Assembly (NCBI GenBank): GCA_034659275.1
Contig: JAYEGY010000043.1
Span: 1,517 to 65,516 of the forward strand
DNA from: Bacteroidota bacterium
GTDB taxonomy: Bacteria > Bacteroidota > Bacteroidia > Bacteroidales > VadinHA17
Length of the DNA: 64,000 bases
Direction of reading: 5' to 3'
Of this stretch, positions 58,544 to 64,000 are shown in pieces. The notes below the pieces were generated by a model, which was not told the DNA's origin, did not search any database, and saw only the letters and a list, made by a program, of their open reading frames with translations. A program made the position numbers and the translations under genes. Every line of letters starts with the position of its first letter. The first letter of the stretch is position 1.

Positions 58544-58590
58544 TTCCGGAGGCTCCGACGGGAGCTTGCTCCCGGGAGGAGCCTCCGGAA
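58544..58590. repeat. 47-nt GC-rich nested palindrome directly 3' of the intron
   Basis: The outer arms are TTCCGGAGGCTCC...GGAGCCTCCGGAA (13 bp). They enclose CGGGAGC-TT-GCTCCCG. An A-run follows, not a U-tract. Confidence 0.5.
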
Positions 58591-58718
58591 AAAAGAAATA
58601 GCCGCAATGCGGCTCTTTCAGGATGAAAGCAAGCCGCCGGCAGGCAAGGATCCGCCGAGGCCAGAGGCCGAGGCAATTCCGTTTCACGTTTCATGTTCCA
58701 TGTTTCAGGTTTTTTTCC

Positions 58719-58726
58719 TAATTTTG
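58719..58726 (+). promoter_or_regulatory. candidate -7 box (TAATTTTG) for tRNA-Leu
   Basis: It matches TAnnTTTG and ends 17 nt upstream of the tRNA. There is no clear -33 TTTG. Confidence 0.35.
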
Positions 58727-58743
58727 CACCGCTATAAGCACCT

Positions 58744-58828
58744 GCCCGGATGGTGGAATTGGTAGACACGTTGGACTTAAAATCCAATGGCCGTATAGGC
58801 TGTGCGGGTTCAAGTCCCGCTCCGGGTA
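58744..58828 (+). tRNA. tRNA-Leu (anticodon UAA), class II with a long variable arm
   Basis: The acceptor is GCCCGGA/TCCGGGT and the anticodon arm is TTGGA-CTTAAAA-TCCAA. The T arm is GCGGG-TTCAAGT-CCCGC. From memory it closely resembles E. coli leuZ-type tRNA-Leu. Confidence 0.95.
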
Positions 58829-58833
58829 CGGAA

Positions 58834-58863
58834 AAAGCCGATGAATCATTCATCGGCTTTTTT
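58834..58863 (+). terminator. intrinsic terminator after tRNA-Leu
   Basis: AAAGCCGATGAAT-C-ATTCATCGGCTTT followed by TTTG. Confidence 0.75.
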
Positions 58864-59129
58864 GTTCAGCGTATCGTGTTCCGCGTTCAGTGTATTTTGC
58901 ATTTCCCCCGTGAGGGGGAAAATAGTAATAGCCCCGGTTTCACCCGGGGATAAAAGCATTAACCCCACCCCTCCGCCGCGCGCTGGCCGGAAGAGTGAAT
59001 TGTAGCAACATATTCTTCTTTAGGATTGATAATGTGATGTTTACAATCCAGATTATGTTGCTCAATCATCTCAGGAGCCATATACTGTGTCAATCCGGAA
59101 TGCAGTGCTAAATATGACCGGATTTTCCA

Positions 59130-60335
59130 TCAAAATTCAAGTATCCATTTCCATACCGGTAAAATCCTTATAAGGCCGGAATTTATCTTTAGTTTGTCCT
59201 CTTCATTATGAGTAAGAAGCAAACCCTCCTTAAGACCTTGAAGTTTCATTGCTTCCAGAAGGCCTTCTATCTCACGCTGTTCATTATCTGTATTCAGCTC
59301 ATAACAAACCTGTATGGCCTCTTCTATCCTGGAGTCCTGCTTAATGACAAAATCACATTCTTTTTTACCTTTATGATAAAATACTTCCTTATTTTGCCTT
59401 TTTAACTGCAGGAAAACAAGGTTTTCAAGCATCCTTCCCCTGTTTTCGCTGAAAGAAAAAGCATTTTGATTGACTATCCCATTATCAATACAATACAGTT
59501 TCTTAGGATTTACCATTTGCTTCTTAAGTGAATAATCATATTTCCTGACCTCAAACAAAACATATGCTGCCTCATAATGATTTATGAACTGACTGACACT
59601 ATTCACAGATCCTACATCAATCAGATCCTTCAATTTATGATAAGAGGTTAGTTTCCCGATATTTGAGATAGCATAGTGAAGCAGGGTCTTTATTGAATTT
59701 TCACTTCTTAATTCATTTCGTTGCATAATATCCCTGTAGAAAATATCCTGTAACAGGTTCCTCAATATCTCGTTATCATTTGATTTCAGGTATTCTGGGA
59801 ATCCTCCACCTCTCAGGTATTCGTTAAATAATAAAATCGAGTGCTCTTTCTTCCGAAGCTTAAGAAATTCGGTATAAGAGAAAGGATATAGCTCGGTAGA
59901 AAGTTGCCTTCCCGTGAGTTTTGTCCCCAGTTCACGGCTCAGCATATTCGCATTGCTGCCTGTAATGATAACCTTTTCTCCCCTGTCAACAAGTTGTCTG
60001 ACATACTTTTCCCAAGCCGGAATATTCTGTATCTCATCAAAAAACCAGGTTCCTTTTACTCCGGATATCTCCCTGAAAATCTCTTCAGTTTTTAAAAAAT
60101 CACGCAATTCAAATCCCGTAAGGTTAATGTCTTCAAATCTAATGTAATATACAGGCGAGGTATCTTTCAAATATTGTCTGGCCAGAGTTGCTTTACCACA
60201 CCTTCTCACCCCTGAGATTATTGTAGCATGCTTTGGCAGTATCTTTATCTTCTTTTCACGCTCCACTCCCAGTTCGCGTTGCAGGTCCTCCTGCTGCTTT
60301 AATAGTACCTTTTTCAGATTACTTTTAAGTATCAT
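59130..60335 (-). CDS. COG1373-type AAA ATPase (AAA_14 plus DUF4143 C-terminal domain)
   Basis: 401 aa. The Walker A-like motif GVRRCGKAT is deviant. Walker B is WFFDEIQ. The C-terminal region ECDFVI...IQVCY is typical of this family. Confidence 0.8.
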   Translation of the reverse strand: MILKSNLKKVLLKQQEDLQRELGVEREKKIKILPKHATIISGVRRCGKATLARQYLKDTSPVYYIRFEDINLTGFELRDFLKTEEIFREISGVKGTWFFDEIQNIPAWEKYVRQLVDRGEKVIITGSNANMLSRELGTKLTGRQLSTELYPFSYTEFLKLRKKEHSILLFNEYLRGGGFPEYLKSNDNEILRNLLQDIFYRDIMQRNELRSENSIKTLLHYAISNIGKLTSYHKLKDLIDVGSVNSVSQFINHYEAAYVLFEVRKYDYSLKKQMVNPKKLYCIDNGIVNQNAFSFSENRGRMLENLVFLQLKRQNKEVFYHKGKKECDFVIKQDSRIEEAIQVCYELNTDNEQREIEGLLEAMKLQGLKEGLLLTHNEEDKLKINSGLIRILPVWKWILEF

Positions 60336-60551
60336 TATTCAAAGTGTATAATAGTACTATACAATATTATATATTACAAATATACAATAATTTATATTAA
60401 TAATGTACAAATATTGAAATGTATTCCTTTAGTCGAGTTGTCAGGTGTTCAAGCTTCCCTCACACAGGAATTCCCTTGTTTTATTCCTGCCAATGCATTA
60501 AATTGCTGAAGACCAGACGAAACAATTAGCTTATGAGAGCTTCATTAAGGC

Positions 60552-62612
60552 TTATATTTCAAAGTTTTCCCACTTGTATTTTAGCCTCTCCATCATACTT
60601 TTGAACCCATCCTCACTACGTATGTTCTCGATAAGAGGATCATGTTTCATAATAAAGGGGTAAACATGGAACTGGTGGTCAGTTGCACTTTCAAGCCAGT
60701 CGAGGGCTTTCTCCTTCTCGTCAAGCATAGCCATAGTTACCGCAATAAAATAAGCATAGCCATCACCCCTCATGTATTTATAATAATCGGGAGTGAGCTC
60801 TTTAAACGCATTTTCTTTATCCTTAAGTAATCCATATTTCAGCATAAGGGCTGTCTTGGTGAATGGGTTGCCGGTAGTTTTCTCTGCACTACGGTCGATA
60901 ATGGCTATAGCTTCCCCGGTTTTTCCGATGAGGGCAAGGTTGGAAGCATAGTAAAACTGGGTGGCGCGGTTTCCGGGGTCCATGACATAAGCTCTGGAAA
61001 ATCGATCGTTTGCCATGTCAAACTGTCCATTATAGAAAAGAACCGCACCCTTGATAAGATGGCTTACAGGGTTTAAGGGGTCAAGCTTCAACATCTTATC
61101 AGTCAGGGATAAAGCTTCCTGCGACTGACCGGCAAATGCAAACAATATTGCAAGACCGTGAAGAGCTTCAAACTCATTGGGGTTAACAGCCAGTGCACGT
61201 TTGAAATGCGCGGCTGATTCCTTGAGCTTTGTCATAGACAGATAATCCACGAAACCAAGTGCAGTATGGGCTTTTGGAAAATTTGGGTCAAAAGTCAAAG
61301 CTTTACGGGCATAAATTTCAGCCTTTTCGTAATAATCATCCTTGTTAGTTATTAAATTGGCATAATGCCAGTAAACATTTGCCAGGGCTGCGTATATATA
61401 TGGATTGTCCCCGGTAACTCCAATTCCATCCTCCAGGTATTGACGGGCAGCCTTAAGACCCTCTTCTGAATACTTCCAGATTTCCCGGTAAGCCATCAGA
61501 TAGTATTCATAGGCCTGTACATTATCAATGGTTCTCTCGGCCAGCTTCTTTTTTTCTTCCGGGCTAAGTTTCAATTTCAGTGCATCGGCAATAGACCTTG
61601 AGACCTTTTCCTGTATTTCAAAAACGTCATCAAGCGAGCCCGAATATTTCTCTGCCCAGAGATGAACATCGTATGCTGCATCTATAAGTTGTGCGGTTAT
61701 GCGGAGGTTGTTACCTGCCTTACGCACCGAGCCTTCCAGAACATATTTAACGTTGACTTCCCTTGCAATATCTCCTGTTCGTTTCTTTGTCCCTTTGAAG
61801 GTCATCGCTGAAGTGCGTGAAATAACCAGCAGATCATGAATATGCGAAAGGTCAGTAATGATTTCTTCTGTCAAACCATCACTGAAGTATTCCTGTTCCG
61901 GATCAGAACTCATGTTTTCAAATGGTAGAACGATAATTGATTTTTCCGGTACGGCTGATTTTTCATTAATTGTATAAATCTCTCCGTTACCCTTCCCTGA
62001 TTCCGTCTGCTTACCCTTCAAACCTGCGATGATGTCTTTTATCGTGAGTGCAACTTTATTAATCTGGTCACGGTAAAAGGTCCTGTTTTGATTATCACCC
62101 GGTTTATCTTCATGTGATCTCAGGGGCCTGTTTACGCCGACAGTCTTATAGATAAATTCAACTCCACGTAGTACCCCTCCTGTAATTGATTCATATTCTT
62201 TAATATCCGTAATGTCCAGGTCATGGATAATCACCGGCAATACCCTGCTTGCCACATTACCGCCGGGCAACTTTACCTTCAACCCGAATTGATCCCTGGA
62301 AGCCTGATCAACAAATGCCTTGAACTCGTGTTCCCAGGCAAATGACTTCACATCACAGTATGTGCGTGATAAAACAGGTATAAAGACAAGGCATTTGAGT
62401 TTTTCTTTAAGGGAGGCATCCACATCATGTGTTTCCAGTATGCCGCCGTCAGGATTAATGTCAAAGTAGACGCTGATGTCCTCTTTGAAAGTAGATTCCA
62501 GTTCAGTCTTTAGTGCCTCCACAAACTCACTGACCCACCTGTCGCCTTTGTTGTCCTTCTGGCGGTAGCTTATAAAGATGTCGTATTCATAACCCGTAAT
62601 CAGGCTGGCCAT
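60552..62612 (-). CDS. TIR domain / TolB-N-like module / TPR repeat protein
   Basis: The N-terminus is YDIFISYRQKDNKGDRW...SFAWEHEF (TIR). The middle is IIVLPFENMSSDPEQEYFSDGLTEEIITDLS...YVLEGSVRKAGNNLRITAQLID. The C-terminal 330 aa or so is TPR-like. No TM is predicted. Confidence 0.8.
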   Translation of the reverse strand: MASLITGYEYDIFISYRQKDNKGDRWVSEFVEALKTELESTFKEDISVYFDINPDGGILETHDVDASLKEKLKCLVFIPVLSRTYCDVKSFAWEHEFKAFVDQASRDQFGLKVKLPGGNVASRVLPVIIHDLDITDIKEYESITGGVLRGVEFIYKTVGVNRPLRSHEDKPGDNQNRTFYRDQINKVALTIKDIIAGLKGKQTESGKGNGEIYTINEKSAVPEKSIIVLPFENMSSDPEQEYFSDGLTEEIITDLSHIHDLLVISRTSAMTFKGTKKRTGDIAREVNVKYVLEGSVRKAGNNLRITAQLIDAAYDVHLWAEKYSGSLDDVFEIQEKVSRSIADALKLKLSPEEKKKLAERTIDNVQAYEYYLMAYREIWKYSEEGLKAARQYLEDGIGVTGDNPYIYAALANVYWHYANLITNKDDYYEKAEIYARKALTFDPNFPKAHTALGFVDYLSMTKLKESAAHFKRALAVNPNEFEALHGLAILFAFAGQSQEALSLTDKMLKLDPLNPVSHLIKGAVLFYNGQFDMANDRFSRAYVMDPGNRATQFYYASNLALIGKTGEAIAIIDRSAEKTTGNPFTKTALMLKYGLLKDKENAFKELTPDYYKYMRGDGYAYFIAVTMAMLDEKEKALDWLESATDHQFHVYPFIMKHDPLIENIRSEDGFKSMMERLKYKWENFEI

Positions 62613-62662
62613 AGCTTCACTTCATTTGCATAAATTTAAGAAAAAAATTTAAGCATCCATTT

Positions 62663-64000
62663 TTATTTACCGGCAACAGCTTCCCTTGCTGCTTCAAGGT
62701 GAAGGAAGACCTCATGGTTGTATATGGGTTTCAGTTCCCAGCTTTTTTCAAGGTATTCCAGTGACTCTTCATATTTACCCTGTTTATACAAGCCCCAGCC
62801 TTTGGTATGGAGGTAATTATAGTTATCAGGATACATTTCAAGTTGCTTTTCAGCTAGTTGAAGGCCTTCATTAACGTTCCTTTCGCTATCTATTAAGAAA
62901 TATGGTAAATCAAAGAAATATGCTAAATCATTCATCATCAATATATTTTGAGACTCTAAAGTAAATGACTCACGGAAATAATCTTCTGCTTCATCAAATA
63001 ACTCTGCGTTCCGATAAATATCTCCCAATTGCATAGCAATATCTACCTCAGATTCAGACCTTTCTTTACAGACAAATGTAAAATTCTCAATGTATTCATT
63101 TGCAGCTTTTGTTTTACCTTCATATAATGCGAGAGTAGCTTGCCAAGGAAGCAAATAATAATTATCAGGAAAATCCTTTCCTGCTTTTGTATAAAGCTTT
63201 CTCGCTTTCCTGTGCTGTCCTGTATAATGGTAGGCTTGTCCAAGTTTTAAATAATAGAGAAGATTATTAGGTTTGGAATCTCATTTTTTAAAGATATCCA
63301 GCGCTTTTTCGAACTCAGGGATTGATTTTTCATATTCATGCAAACGAAAGTAAGATTGACCAAGGACATAATAAGATGATGGATCCTGGTCATCAATTTC
63401 AAGAAGTTGTTTAACTGCCTTAATTACTTCCCAGGGTGTTTCAAAAAGCCAGGCATATATGTAATTAATCTTTGCCTCATCATATCTGGTCATCTGATTT
63501 CTTTTGGCATATAATTTAAGACACATTTTTTTTGCCTGGTCAAATTTCCTAGAATTGTAATAATTCCAGGTAAGTGTCACATTTGCAGCAATAAAATTTG
63601 GATCGATTTTTATCGCGTCCAATAAGTACTCTTTTGAAGTGGGGTAATCCCCTTTGCTAAATGCATTTCTCCCATCCACTAAATACCTGAGGGCCTCGGG
63701 TGATCTGGTTAATCCATAAAAAGTATATTTGTATGGTGATACTTCCTTTTGCAAGATGGTAATAATAAAATAATTCTTAATAGTAACTGATAGTGAATCA
63801 GTCAAATAAATAATACTATCAGATACTCCTTCTATGGTGAAGGATTTAAATATTTCTTCTGATTCTGAGTCAACCAGTTTTGCATTGATCCGTATCTTTT
63901 CGCCTAAACTGTTTATACTGCCACTAATATAAACACCGGCCTCAAGTTTTTCAGAAACGTTTTTGGCAACAGAAGGAGTAATCGAGTCATAATTATCAAT
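62663..64000 (-). pseudogene. TolB-N-like / TPR paralog interrupted by one in-frame TGA (63281-63283). Its N-terminus lies beyond the window end.
   Basis: My translation of one minus frame runs from 64000 down to 62663. It reads ...AGVYISGSINSLGEKIRINAKLVD...FEKALDIFKK-TGA-DSKPNNLLYYLKLGQAYHYTGQHRKARKLY...LPWQATLALYEG... . Track ORFs 63281..63805 and 62663..63154 share this frame (63283 and 63154 are both 1 mod 3). Confidence 0.6.

Noticed and set aside
58443-58853. 136-aa minus-strand ORF and plus ORFs 58750..58953 and 58802..59005
   Set aside because: They overlap tRNA-Leu, its terminator and the GC-rich palindromes. The open frames are a by-product of GC-rich structured DNA.
58962-59129. 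Open frame continuing in phase after the ATPase stop. It encodes ...GLTQYMAPEMIEQ..., reminiscent of the protein-kinase APE motif.
   Set aside because: Only about 5 residues match. The expected downstream kinase motifs (DxWSxG) are absent and the frame is only about 55 codons, ending in palindromic DNA. This is most likely chance.
60440-60470. Possible degenerate direct repeat of the tRNA-Leu 3' end (GGTGTTCAAGCTTCCCTC versus GGGTTCAAGTCCCGCTCC). It would delimit a mini-island containing only the ATPase gene.
   Set aside because: Identity beyond the GTTCAAG heptamer is about 50 percent, and no integrase is present. This is not convincing without a genome-wide comparison.
63281-63283. TGA reassignment (genetic code 4 or 25) or selenocysteine as the explanation for the in-frame TGA
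   Set aside because: Other genes in the window terminate cleanly at TGA and all long housekeeping ORFs are intact under the standard code. The local context (KK-TGA-DSK in a TPR linker) is not redox-like, and I saw no obvious SECIS hairpin.

Overview
The window looks like a chromosomal segment of an AT-rich Bacteroidota-type genome. The taxon guess is inferred from several features: a T9SS type-B cargo gene next to PorP/SprF, a fused SecDF, TAnnTTTG-type -7 promoter boxes, and no Shine-Dalgarno dependence. Most of 1-56.4 kb is densely packed housekeeping. It holds a GatE-like amidotransferase, a LolE-like permease, NamZ-like, an ECF sigma module, an aminotransferase, valS, glnA, yihY, nadC, rlmH, an NtrY-like kinase, der-era-rluB, glmM, an HlyD/FtsX/TolC efflux set, secDF, tatA, a CaCA antiporter, a lolD-like ATPase, a LYS9-like dehydrogenase, mutS, and a Trk/CCC potassium cluster. 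This stretch is interrupted by a surface-protein locus at 20.1-30.8 kb. That locus has a 1383-aa Gly-rich, repeat-rich T9SS type-B cargo, its PorP/SprF partner, a PD40/PKD protein, an acidic secreted protein, and a beta-propeller/Y_Y_Y sensor fused to a PP2C phosphatase. The accessory part is 56.4-64 kb. It starts with tRNA-Gly(GCC) and its terminator, followed by a complete ORF-containing group II intron (class C-like) inserted in the terminator U-tract. After that come GC-rich palindromes and tRNA-Leu(UAA). A minus-strand trio then follows: a COG1373/DUF4143 ATPase with a deviant Walker A, a TIR / TolB-N-like / TPR protein, and a paralogous TolB-N-like/TPR gene broken by one in-frame TGA. 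The TIR-centred trio is my best candidate for an undescribed system, but function is inference only. No CRISPR array, rRNA or prophage was seen.
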